Shown here piece after piece: positions 50,301 to 61,653 of a stretch of DNA of 64,000 bases. The position numbers and the translations under genes were made by a program. Positions within the stretch are counted from its first letter, which is position 1, and each line of letters opens with the position of its first letter. The stretch is from Diadema antillarum. Lineage: Eukaryota. The stretch covers positions 1 through 64,000 of the forward strand of contig NW_027272951.1 of assembly GCF_040938485.1 (NCBI RefSeq), in the 5' to 3' direction. Under the pieces are notes generated by a model. It was given only the letters and a program-made list of their open reading frames with translations, had not been told where the DNA came from and did not search any database.

Positions 50301-52391
50301 AATTTATTTGTGGCCCTTCAGAAGAAAAATCAATACTCTGAAACCCCAAAGCAAATTACACTGAACAAAGATGATGACATAGGAGCCTCTTTCAGAAATG
50401 TAGCAATGTAACTCCATGACAATGCCATGTGCTTCATGTCTTCTTCTTTTGTTCTGCTTCCTTGAGCCCCTACTCATGCATTTTTGTTGTGAGGCTGCCG
50501 TGTTATCGTCCTTGTTCACTGTGATTTGTTGTAAATTTTGAAAACACTCCTCTTCCTCATCCAAATCTACAAATTCTGCAACTCTGCACCTGGTGTAAAC
50601 CAATTTCTAGTTGTTCATAACAGTCTGAAATCATCCAAAGGTCTCCTTTAACAGTATAACACCATGCAAAAAAGTCCAACAGGGGGCATACTCTGCAAAA
50701 CGTAGGACGTTAGGTTAGTAAGTGCTTTTCTAAGATGAAGAGATATTAACACTGTCTGTAATGACGGAAATTTTCATGACATGAAACTAGTGCAACAATA
50801 TAAACATGAATTATATGACCGAAAGATCGGTCTGTATCTGGCGGTCGTCGGGGAAATGTTCCGCGGAGACTGCGTCTGGCTTCGGGGATCCCCTCCTTTT
50901 ACTAGGACTGGAGAGCGATATCGTCAAAAAAATAAGAGACTCCTCCGGACAGACGGATCTTTCTGTCTCACGTTAGTGAATTATTTGCTTGTCAAGTTGT
51001 GTGTAAATTGTGTAGGCCTGACAAAGTTAATTGTACTCTTACACAGACCTCTCGCTCACAACCTTTCTATTCTGATTTCTAATCTAACTATCGACTATTG
51101 ACCACTAGCCGGCAACAGAGTATTGCTACACAGTGTAGCTACATCCAAAACAATGAAAATGGTGTCTGAATCTACAATACAATGACTTCAATGATGATAA
51201 TGCAATTGAACCACCTCCCGGCCTGGGGGATGTTTCATAATAAAGCTGTTCTTAAAGTTACGTGGTGGTGATCAGTTGTGATATGCTCTAAATTTACTTA
51301 TCAGAATTTCAATAATTCAGCATAAGAACTGATCACCAGTCGTCCGTAAGTTGTTCATACATTGTAACTTTACAAACGGCTTTATTTAACAGAGCCCTGG
51401 GGCCTGGTTACTCTACTTATCACTAGACTAGACCCTAGTAAATTTAATTTATTAACGTTAACGGCACAGTAGTATCACTATCAGCACGTCGGCCGAAACT
51501 TTGGTGATGTTTATTAAAGGGATGGTGTACAGTATTGGTGGAGATGAGAATTGGGCTTTTAACTTTTTGCGACATACCAAGAAAACACTTAGGAAAATAG
51601 TACAGCCGGGCATACCACTAATCTACGAGGAATTCAAAGTTCATTATGATGAAAATTGGGTTTGGAATGACTGAAACATCCAAAAACAAAGTAAAACAAA
51701 GTGATTGTAAAAAGGTGTGGGTCCCACACCAGAATCGCTCTGTTTTGCCATTGGATATCTCAGCCATTTCAAAACCAATTTTCATCAAATAAACGTTGAA
51801 TTCCTCATGGAATTACATGCTGTTTCATATTTCATAACAGGTTTCTCATTATCTCACCAAAAAATGTTAGAAATCTGAAATTCGGTCTCAACCAAAACTA
51901 GACTTCTATCTATACGATCCCTAACTGTTGCCTACCCGCCGGTATTCAAAACTAGCCCGGCCCGACCAGACGCCGCGTCTGTACGGCGGGCCGTACGGCG
52001 CCGTACAGACGCCGTACTTGTGTACAGCGACAGCAGGGCTGTGTTAATTCAAAACTAACTAGATCTATACACAGCCCAGTAGTAGCACAGCGTACGAAAA
52101 ACAGCGTCTGGTCGGGTTAATTCAAAACTAGACAGAAAGATCCGTCTGTCCCGAGGACTCTTTTATATTTTGCCATTAACGCTGTCTTCCGTATCAGAGT
52201 ATGACTGGGAGGGGATCCGTGAAGCCAGACGCAGTCTCCGCGGAACATTCCCCGACGGACAGATACAGTCCGATCTTTCAGTCAAATTCAAAACCTACTG
52301 TGACAACGTCGCCACTCGTGACAACTTCAACCAGTGAATCGAAGCTCGTACTGCCAACGGTGACGAAGACTGTTTTCCCTGCGTCGCCCAT
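44202..52391 (-). CDS. ALG13: UDP-N-acetylglucosamine transferase subunit ALG13, short glycosyltransferase-only form, 168 aa
   Basis: Four phase-consistent exons 52391-52299, 50084-49922, 48484-48346, 44313-44202. Translation: [101 protein letters not shown]-stop. Confidence 0.96.
44513..44862. mobile_element. PIF/Harbinger-type MITE, TAA TSD
   Basis: TAA|TGCCCCAGTCACAT..ATGTGACTTGGGCA|TAA. Confidence 0.85.
45740..46170. mobile_element. PIF/Harbinger-type MITE, TAA TSD
   Basis: TAA|GGCAGCGTTCACATAGAAGTATA..TATACTTCTATGTGAACGCAGCC|TAA. Confidence 0.9.
47385..48230 (+). mobile_element. Helentron/DINE-like element with about four internal 160-180 bp repeats and a (GACC)n tract
   Basis: AACTAGAAATGTCGC start; TTACCATGGCAAC repeated at about 47542, 47705, 47866 and 48025; GACC-rich tract at 48163-48200. 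Confidence 0.65.
48346..48484 (-). CDS. ALG13: ALG13 coding exon 3
   Basis: [19 protein letters not shown]; donor AG|GTGAGA. Confidence 0.96.
48567..48747. mobile_element. hAT-like MITE with a 6-bp TSD
   Basis: TAGTTC|CAGGGCTGCCAAC..GTTGGCAGCCCTG|TAGTTC. Confidence 0.85.
49922..50084 (-). CDS. ALG13: ALG13 coding exon 2
   Basis: Inside ORF 49908-50141; acceptor cttcttcacag, donor G|GTAAGT; LIISHAG motif. Confidence 0.96.
50816..50968. mobile_element. About 155-bp self-palindromic repeat, copy 1
   Basis: Ends GACCGAAAGATCGG / CGGATCTTTCTGTC; reverse-complement match to 52130-52284. Confidence 0.8.
51518..51922. mobile_element. Kolobok-like non-autonomous element
   Basis: TTAA|AGGGATGGT..ACGATCCCT|AA termini. 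Confidence 0.6.
52130..52284. mobile_element. About 155-bp self-palindromic repeat, copy 2 (inverted)
   Basis: Shares the core GGGGAATGTTCCGCGGAGACTGCGTCTGGCTTC with copy 1. Confidence 0.8.
52299..52391 (-). CDS. ALG13: ALG13 coding exon 1
   Basis: ATG at 52391; [11 protein letters not shown] motif; donor ACA|GTAGGT. Confidence 0.95.
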
Positions 52392-52635
52392 TGTTGAATT
52401 GGTTCCTCTTGAATTGCTTTGTTGAAGCTCCAAACAAGAAACGTAAACTGTGATTATAATTTAGTCTGAACTCTAGCTACACACAGAGTTCTGTGGGTGG
52501 TACAGTATGATTGACCGGCGCATGCACGCTAATCTTATCTATGGAATGCCGAAGGAGACAATATTAGTACATGTATAGCGTGCACTCAGGGCAGGGAATA
52601 GAGTCATAGGCTGCGTTCACATTGAAATACATGTA

Positions 52636-53286
52636 TAGAAAAGCACTCTGAGAGCGCAGACCTCCGCCAAACATGCAGCTTATTTTCACCACTGATCTTG
52701 TTCTTCCATAGAGATATCAGTGATTTCCACTTGTACTTGTGTGCTGAAAGCCGCCCGATTTCCCAAAATAGAAGCCTTTGTCAGGGGCGGATCCAGGAAT
52801 TCCGTAAAGAGGGGGCACGTTTACAAAGCTAAAGGGGGCGCACGCACCCCTCCCCCATTTTTTCTTTTTATTTCTTTTGTTTCAACAAAAAATAAAGGGG
52901 GGGGGGGGCGTGCGCCGGTTGCGGTCCTCCCTGGATCCGCCTCTGTTTGTTACGTCATAAACCCTCGATCAGCTGCACGGCGCGCCACGCTCCAGCAGAA
53001 ACTATAGGTGCGTGCATGCAAACCTCAATAGCGCAGCCTGAACTCCCAAGTAGCAAAAATCCTTCATAAATTCCCAGAAATTTCTCGGATCACTACCAAA
53101 AGTTAATCGTTTGTTACTTGTGTCATTCTCAACCTTTCCTGCAAGTTTCATCCCAATCCGTTGACTACTTTTTGAGTTATTTTGCACCCGGACAAACTAT
53201 CCACTAACACTGTGAACTAACTAACTAATGAACAAACAAACCAACGGTAACGAAAACATAACCTCCTCCCTTGGCGGAGGTAATAA
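52636..53286 (+). mobile_element. Helentron-like repeat, with a nested GGCGGATCC..GGATCCGCC element at about 52785-52941
   Basis: TAGAAAAGCACTCTGAGAGCGCAGACCTCCGCCAA..AACATAACCTCCTCCCTTGGCGGAGGTAATAA. Confidence 0.75.
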
Positions 53287-53298
53287 TGACTGCTATGA

Positions 53299-53430
53299 GG
53301 GGCACAGTTAAAATTATGGGCCCAAGGTGATGTGAAAACCATAACTATGCCCGAAGCGAAGCTGGAGGGCAGAGTTATGGTTTTCACATCACCGAGGGCC
53401 TAAGTCGTTACATAATTTTAACTGTGCCCC
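53299..53430. repeat. Hairpin-forming repeat
   Basis: GGGGCACAGTTAAAATTATG..GGTGATGTGAAAACCATAACT / AGTTATGGTTTTCACATCACC..ATAATTTTAACTGTGCCCC. Confidence 0.8.
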
Positions 53431-54877
53431 GAATATCAAGCTGTCATTATTTGTTTTATATGCCGAAAATATAGATTCCGAAATATAGATACCGTAGCAC
53501 TCGTAATCAACGCTGATCGACAGCGCGGCGGTCCGAGTATCATTGGTGCGTACATAATGAGTGTTCTATGTGTACGGGGTTGCGACGATCTCCAAACCTA
53601 CAGGGCGGGCATAGTAAATCACGACGTCATTTTGATAAACAATGGGACACAGCTATTTTCATGAATCCACTTATAACCAATCAGATGAGAGGATTATAGG
53701 TATAAAGTATACTACATTGTATTAGCTATTCGGGTATACGGTGCGCGTTTTCGAGGGCACGCGAATAGCTTGAATCGAACGATAGGATTTCCTAACACCG
53801 GGTCACATAAGAGGACACTATTCGAAAGTGCCGTTTAGCTGCGTATAATAGCATAGTGGGAATCGTGCTTGTTCGATTTTCGGCGTGCAGCGTATACTAA
53901 GTACCATCTCTCGTTTATGAAATGATCATGAAAATGTTGGTCTGGATTTGCCCTTAGCAAAAATAAGCATGTAGACTGACATTCTGATGCAGTTTAGAAA
54001 TTGTTAATAAGATTGCTGTGATGTTTGTGTAGGAGGAAGAAATCCTCACTGCATGGGATAGGGAGTTGATGGTGCGGATGATGGTGTACTAGGTAGACTT
54101 GACAGCGTCAAAAGAATATTAAAGTAGACCCGTGCCCATGCCCGAATAGCAAAAACGAATAGCGAATACCTTATACCATTATACTTCTATGTGAACCCAT
54201 ATACAGAGAGAGAAAGAAGGGAAATACGAGACTATTATGTAGAGAGAGAAACAGACAGGAGAAATTGATAAAGAGAAAGTACAACAACGGGGGAAAACAC
54301 GAATCTATGAATTTGTTACAAGATTTAGAACTATAGCACTATTGATATAGTAAGACAAAGATAAAAAAAAATGAGATGGAAACACAAAGTAAAGCCTATA
54401 CACTGGTAAAGAATATCATGACGGAAAGAAAAATAAGGAGGAAAGGACAAAGAAAGATCGATTGAAAAAGAAATGAATTAAGAAGATGGGTTGAAAATCA
54501 AATAGGGAATTCATCATTTCAAGGATAAGAAGTCAAGAAAAGCACAGAAAGATACAGGAAAAGGTTTTCCCGTATTGGTCTGAGCTAAAGATTTAATATT
54601 ATGCCCTGTATGCTATAAAACTGGATTTTAGTCACCCGGTGCGAAACGTTCATCAATTTTTCCATCATCATCATCATCATCATCATCGTTATCGTTTTCT
54701 TCTAGGCCTATAAAAGTAACTTCTTCCTCTTCCTCAGGATAACTTTCCACGTTTAAGTAGGTAATTTTGAACAGTTGGAGTGATTTTACGTGAAATTAAT
54801 TTTAGAATGCTATACTACCGGTGCAGTATGCAGCATTATGCTGTCAGTGCACTTTCCCAGTTGAACCTGGAGCGGCG

Positions 54878-55342
54878 GGGGTCATTCCATCCCGAGACCG
54901 ACACCCACGAGTCATAATGGTCCATGAGACCGACATAAAAAATAAGTCATACAGCCCACGAGATACGGCTCACGAGTCATACATCCCATGAGTTCGACAC
55001 TGTACGCAAAAAAAAAAAAAAAAAAAAAAGGCTCACGAGACCGACACTATAGGCAAGGGGGTGAATATGGGGCAACTGATAGGGCACTCGCACACCTGAG
55101 CAACTCTCTTTTTCCATCTCTCATACCTTCCTTATCTGGAAAGGGGAAACCATACCTCATTATATAAATTATCATTAGTTGGTCTAAGCAGGTGGCACTG
55201 ATTATCCTGTGGGTCTCGCGGGCCTTCTTTGCCTATCCAGGTCGGTCTCGTGAGCCTTTTTTGCGACTTGTCGAACTCATGGGCTGTATAAGTCGTGGAC
55301 AGTAGACTCGTTGGTGTCGGTCTCAACGTGATGTGCACCCTA
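54878..55342. mobile_element. MITE-like element with repeated GAGACCGAC / ACGAGTC subterminal motifs
   Basis: Inverted arms GAGACCGACACCCACGAGTC / GACTCGTTGGTGTCGGTCTC. Confidence 0.6.
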
Positions 55343-55609
55343 ACCGGGCGCGCTGTGAATGTGCAACTGCACTTCTGTTCGTAAAATGATGTCTTCGCTC
55401 GGGACGATGGAAACACAAACATCGATGAGAAATCCCTATGCGAGGCTGCTATTGCACAGAATAACCTGTTTCATAAAAAAAAAAAAAAAATGTGGGAATC
55501 TAAAGATTATAAACTTAACTATTGGAGACTAGAAAACCACTCTGAGAGTGCAGACCTCCGCCAAGCCAGCAACTCGTTTCCACCCATATATGCATGCACT
55601 TTCCCAATA

Positions 55610-56518
55610 CAGTGCGTATCAAAAAAAAAAAAAAAAAAGGTAGTCCAACTTTGGAGGGCTAACATTTCAAAATTGTCAGCTCTGGAGAGTGCAATGTTGA
55701 TTGTGGGGAAAGAAGAACCCTTCTTTTTTCCAATGATACCTAATTATGTTGCCAATCGTCATGCATGTCTGAGCACATGAACTTTAAAGACAACAATGAC
55801 AAATTACACTTTTTCCAAGTTTGAGCGTTATCGTGAAGGAAAAATGCATGTCTCACTGAATGGATGGGATCTCTCAATGAAAGTGGTAACATCAGAAGGC
55901 CAGCCTGCATGACTGTAGGTTTGTGTTTAGGGCTTCTTCTAACCTTCTATGGTCTGTAATCTTCAATATGGCCACATTGTCGCTAACTTGATCACTCCCA
56001 CAAAGGCTAAACCATTATTAATTTTTCTCTCTTCACATTCAAGACTTGGTTTGGCGCTGCTAGCTATGTGTATGTGTTGAATAATATGGACAGGGAAAAT
56101 GGACTCTGTGGGTTTACCTTGGCATAGAAGTGACCAAGTTAATGGACAGGTGGCCATGTGAAAGGTTATGAACCATAAAATGTTAGAAGAAACCCTAAAC
56201 ACTAACCCTATAAACACATACTTGCAGTTATGTAGGTTGGCCTGCAACTGTTACCACTTTCATTGAGAGATATCATCCATTCAGTGAGACATGCATTGTT
56301 CCTTCACAAAAGCATGCAAACTTGGAAAAAGTGCAATTTGTCATTGTTGTCTGTAAAGTTCATGTGCTCAGTCATGCATGACATTTTTCAACATAATTAG
56401 GTATCCATGGAAAGAAGAAGAGTTCTTCTTTTCTTACAAACAAATTGAGCTCTCCATAGCTGACAATTATGAAATGGTAGCCCTCCAAAGTTGGATTACC
56501 TTTTTTTGATACGCTCTG
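55610..56518. mobile_element. Tc1/mariner-type MITE with long (about 340 bp) inverted arms, TA TSD
   Basis: TA|CAGTGCGTATCAAAAAA..TTTTTTGATACGCTCTG|TA; arms 55610-55950 and 56175-56518. Confidence 0.85.
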
Positions 56519-56698
56519 TATAGAGGTCTGCCAGGTATATATCACCAAAAGTCATAAAAAATTCAAATTTGGAAAAGCTGCTTCCAGCTGCGCCGGGCAC
56601 TTTGACCGAGCGTGTACGTGGAGTAACGTATAAAATGAAAGCCTCCAGTATGGGGTAGGTTGAAAGTCCAAGTTCATTGACCTTATGAAAAAAAAGGG

Positions 56699-56925
56699 AA
56701 AAAAATCGGGGTCAGAACTGACCCGGAACTGGGTCCGTTGGGATTACACACCGTTCCGGGTAAAAAATGACTTGGAATTTGGTCATGAAGACCCAATTAA
56801 CGACTCTGGATGGGGTCATATCTGACCCCATTCCTTGTCATTTCTGACCCTGAACGGCCCGTGTGCCCCTAACGGACCCAGCTCCGGGTCAGTTCAGTTC
56901 TGACCCGGATTTTTTTAAGAGTGTA
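56699..56925. mobile_element. Palindromic MITE fragment
   Basis: AAAAATCGGGGTCAGAACTGACCCGGAACTGGGTCCGTT versus AACGGACCCAGCTCCGGGTCAG..TTCTGACCCGGATTTTT. Confidence 0.7.
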
Positions 56926-58974
56926 TAGGTCATATGCCAAGAGATTAAAAGATTATTTAAAAAATCATCAAAATTCCTTGATCACTTCCAAATTTAATCA
57001 TCTGTTCCTTGGTCTCGTGACTGTTACTGCATGTTTCTTTCAAATCCGTTCACACTGAGTGTTCGAGTTATTTTGCAGGCAAACCATGGCGCCAATCACT
57101 TAACCTCCTTCTTTGGCGGTGGTAATAATAGAAATAATAATATGTCCTTTCGCTCTTAAATAATATCTGAATTGTTTCTTTCAGTCACTTTACGGTTCAT
57201 TTTTTTTTCTCCGCTAGCTCCCCTTTAATGTTCTGATTTTGTTATTTTAATCACGCAACTCATTTTATCAAATAGAGTGATTTTTATGATTAAAAAAAAA
57301 AGAAATTTCAGTCCGACCTCTAGTCCTTTCCGGACATGTCGAAACCGATGCTCCTCCGGATAAGGGATTTGGCCGGATGGGAGATGTGCCTACCCAATGG
57401 TAGGATATGTAGGCCCTACATTTACGTTAACAAGTCACCTCTTCAGCTGGTCTGCGTTCAAATTTCTCCGATAGTTTTCTCAGTGAACGATCGCATGTAC
57501 CGTTCTGTCCTTGCTCTCGCAGTGATGGGGTAGTGAATGTCTGACGATGTTATATGTGAATGTGTGGTTAATTATGTTGGGAATAATACCTAATTGATGC
57601 TATATACTTTGTGCTGTCCTGTTGATTTTGCTCTGTTCGAAATCCCCTTCCCCATAGTTATTAGATTGGGAAAAAACACGTCGAGCTCGCATCCGGATAA
57701 CAGAGAGATCCGGTAAAGGGAGGCCGGATAGGAGAGGTCGGATTGTATGTTTTTGTGTTTTGTTTTGTTTTTGTTAGTTTTTTTTCTGCTGTATAACGTT
57801 ACTTCTTTCTTTCTTCGGAGAAGTCTGATCTTTGAAATAAGTTGACTTTCTGCTGGAGCAGACGTTTGAAATAAGAGACAAAAAGAAAAAAAGTGTACAG
57901 TGTAATTAGCAGCTTTGAAGGTCAGCGCAGGACAGGTCAGGCTTGGTCTGTATCCCGAGTGCCATGATTGATTGTGGGCATCTTCGGCAAGACAAGATAA
58001 GAGACAAGACAAGTAGCTGCGATGGCTTTCCATAGTACTTCGCCCTCTGTGATTTAGTCATGTGCCGCCGCGCCGCCGCGTCCATGTTGTAACACCCATG
58101 CCCAGTCGCGGCACACACCATTCGACATGCATGCTAGCTAGCTATAGCGCGTTAGCATTGAAGTCAACATTACACCCACGGCCACACGTCTGGGACGTCG
58201 GATCGGACCCAGAGTGCCTCGCACGTGTGGCTTCCAACTCGTATCCTCATGAATTTTGGCCTGTAACCAGGATGGAAATCAAGATAGGATAGCTTGAGAG
58301 TCTATCGGATGATGGTGGCTGCGACAAAAGCTACGACTCGGTGATAGACTGCAGTGCTGGTACGTTAGCAAGGTTACAGGCTAAGCAAGTTCATGAGTTA
58401 GGGCTCTCAGAGTCAGAGCCGTCGTACAGCTTGTGTATTGTAGCTTTTTTAAATTTGTGGTTCCATTGGAATCTTCAGCATTTTTCCAGTATGTACATGG
58501 CCATGGGATTTCATAGAATTTCAGGAACGAAATGTGATTCAAAATGTATGCATAAACATTAACTGTCTATGGCAAGGTGCGGGTCACCCCAAGTAATTTA
58601 GCGATTCTATACATTCTAGTTTCTACTTGCTGAACTACTCTCGTACTAGTGTGCGTTTGCGTGCAATTTGTTGGACTTGAAGTAATACGTGCATGGCGTG
58701 CAATCCGGGGTTTAATATACTAATACTAGTCTAAGTCAGAGCCTATCCGAGGCTTAAATTATTGGCAGTGTATACAAGCACACGCGTGTGTCTTTACCAT
58801 CCAGCCACACGAGTGTGGTTGTAGCCTAGCCTGACCAGACACTGTGCTGCGCACAGGGTCTGACATGTGTTAGTGTTTCAACGTTGTAAACGACCGTCAC
58901 TATTGACGGCAAAATCACATAAAATACCTTTTATTTTGTATGATTTTAAGAGTAATATAATTTGCAACACTTAC

Positions 58975-59381
58975 CTACAGCGTATTTTCCTGATGGTTGA
59001 GTTGAATTCGGCGTTTTGTTGGTATCCAGACCTTATTGTTGAATTTTTCGGAGTAGATCGTGCGGTGGCATCTTTTCCTTCGAGAGCTTCACAAAAGCAA
59101 CAAACTACCACGCATGCGCATTCAGAAGTGGTTGCTTTTTACGTACGCCCGTGCGCCCGTGCGTTTCATGTGTTACGTAAAGCTTGTAGTAGATCCGCGC
59201 GTGCTGCACCGGCAATGATTTGAACTTTTTTAGTCGGGGTCATCCGACTATCTCATCACTTCCGCCCCGACTACCTACGTTGTAGTATACGAGAGTGAAT
59301 GCCATTCATATAACACGCAGATGAGGAGTGAAGCAGTAAGGACGTTTACAGACCTGATTTCAGCCATAGATTTCGGTAAGT
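58975..59381. promoter_or_regulatory. Candidate divergent promoter region
   Basis: CpG-rich; NRF1-like CGCATGCGCA at 59111-59120; consensus GTAAGT donors facing outward on the minus strand (58974-58969) and the plus strand (59376-59381). Sequence inference only. Confidence 0.35.
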
Positions 59382-60580
59382 TTTAGACGTAGTTGTAGCC
59401 ATGACTCGAGTCGCTGGATACAGCCACACTCGTGTGTAATGTACGTACACAGGGTTACACAAACGGTATGGAGAAGATGATCACCGTGCGTGCCTGTCAA
59501 ACACATAAACGCCACACAATCAGCTTGCTCACAAAGTGATGAAAGTAACCTCATTTTCATACCACTGACCAGGTACCTTTTAATATTGTTATTTTACAAA
59601 TATATTTTTGCTCCATTCTCATCGTGTTTGCTTGATATAAAATGGATGGGTTTAGAATTAATAGCAAAGGGTACAACTGCCGCAAAATTGGGCTGGGGGA
59701 CTTTGGATTGACATCGCTAAACTGCCGGTTGTGGGCTAGCAATCGCTCAGCGCAGCTGCAGCCTAGCCAGCGCAGTTGTGCCGCCCGCCCCAGCCCAGCA
59801 GGGACCTGGACCCGCGCGCCGGCTGCCTGTGTACACTGGATCGTGGATGCGCGATTTGCAAGTACCCGAACAAACGAAGGCGAAGTCTCAATAACGACAC
59901 AATGTATGATCAGTCGTAAAATCAAAAGTCCGAAATCAATTGTAACTTTAAATTCACCTCATCAAATCAAGAAAATGAGAATAAAGTTAAAAATGAAAAA
60001 AGTAAATTTGTCTAGATGGTGCGATAATATTAAATGGGATTAATCTAGGAGGCAGGCTCATGTTCATCGCTTTGCGGTGGTGCATGATCGCCAGTTGATG
60101 TGGTCACACACATTGCCGCGTGTTCCCCGCTACGCAATAAAAAGCTTCTTCGTGTGTGTGTATATACATTACACACGAGTGTGGCTGTATCCAGCAATTA
60201 GGGCCATGGCTACAACCACACTCGTGTGGCTGGATGGTAAAGACACACGCATGTGAGGCATCTGACTTTCTTTGCCCACAGCAGCCCCTCTCTAACCATG
60301 CTAACCTAACCCTAACCCTCATAATACATGTATAAACCTTAAACTTTATTACCTTCTTAGTGACTTACCCTTTGAGTTTTAATTTCAAACCCTAAAGCCA
60401 CCTAACGTTAGAGTTAGAGTTCTAAATTTAATCATCTTCCTTTGATACACAACTGATGGCGGTGTATTATTAGGCCTAACGTTACAACTTCATGATTACA
60501 AATCCACACACCATCCATCCAGCCACACACTCGAGTGTGGTTGCAGAAAAGAAATTTTATAGTGTAAGCAGTCGCCATAT

Positions 60581-60738
60581 GCTTAACCGACAAGTAAATT
60601 TATGTCTAATTCCGCGAAAAACTTCTCATTTATAGTAATGACATTTGCTGGGTCATTTTTTCGAAAAACTGACCCAGCAAATGTCATTACTAGTAAATGA
60701 GAAATTTTTGCGGAATTAGACATACTTGCCGGTCAAGC
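60581..60738. repeat. Near-perfect 158-bp palindrome
   Basis: ATGTCTAATTCCGC..TAGTAATGACATTTGCTGGGTCA / TGACCCAGCAAATGTCATTACTA..GCGGAATTAGACAT. Confidence 0.9.
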
Positions 60739-61133
60739 CGTATGCGTGCATACAAATGAGGCGTCCAAAATTGAAGAGGGAGGGCCGGAGGGCACTCTTC
60801 ATCACATCCAGTCATCTGATTTCAGTCTACGTTCAAGTCATAGTAAATTTACTGGTATCTTCTCATTTCATATCAATAGCCCGAGCAGACGCCATTGATG
60901 CAGCGAATGGGCTGTGTATAGTTAATCATATCAGAGATTCTCTATCTGGGGTATTTTTTATTCTTTATAACGCATTTTGCATTTTCAGAAACGCAATGTG
61001 GTTAATTGTTTAGATACCTGGTACTAAAGTTTCTATGATGATATATTTGAACCATTATGTAGAGTCTAGACCTTTTTGTTATTCACAAAATAAACAATGG
61101 GAACTTGAGTGCAGACTAACTTCAAAATACTAG

Positions 61134-61653
61134 TACTGTATACGCTATATATTTCGCGGGGGTTTTATTTTCGCGAATTTCGCGAGTCGGGAGCTATTCG
61201 CGAAATTAACAACACGCGAAAATATTGCCTTCCAAAATGAATCCCTTGCCTTGATGATACGAACATTTCAGTACTAGAATACCATGTCACGGCTTACCGA
61301 ACAGACCATACTGGCTAAGCTTGTTTACGCACGTCCACGTCTATACTTACGAATACTGTAGAGAGCCAATCCATTATCGCAAGGGGACCACTCATCAGAA
61401 ATCTAGCGCGATGGACTTAACCACTTCAAAAATGTTGAATTCTAACTTACTAGTTCGCAGAGTTTGGCAAGTCTTTTTCATGCAGTGTATAACTAGTATC
61501 ATTCTTATATGCTAGTAAGTAGAAAATTCACACTTTCTTTGCCACTTCATATTTTCTCTGGTCCCCCAATCGCGAATTTAACCACTCGCGAAAATGTGTG
61601 ACATCGGCAATTCGCGAAAATTTATGTACGCGAAAATTATAGCGTATACAGTA
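61134..61653. mobile_element. TA-flanked MITE family copy
   Basis: TACTGTATACGCTATA..TATAGCGTATACAGTA with repeated TTCGCGAA. Confidence 0.8.

Larger units (their letters stand above)
52609..54197. mobile_element. Inverted, interrupted copy of the 45740 MITE family
   Basis: Left TIR GGCTGCGTTCACAT at 52609; body 53720-54197 is the reverse complement of 45740-46140. Confidence 0.7.
55528..57127 (+). mobile_element. Helentron-like repeat split by nested MITEs
   Basis: 5' end at 55528 (CTAGAAAACCACTCTGAGAGTGCAGACCTCCGCCAAG) and 3' end at about 57040-57127 (AACCTCCTTCTTTGGCGGTGGTAATAA). Confidence 0.6.

Noticed and set aside
57590-58121. Minus-strand ORFs of 147 and 71 aa, one with a good Kozak context
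   Set aside because: Low-complexity, no motif and no splice support.
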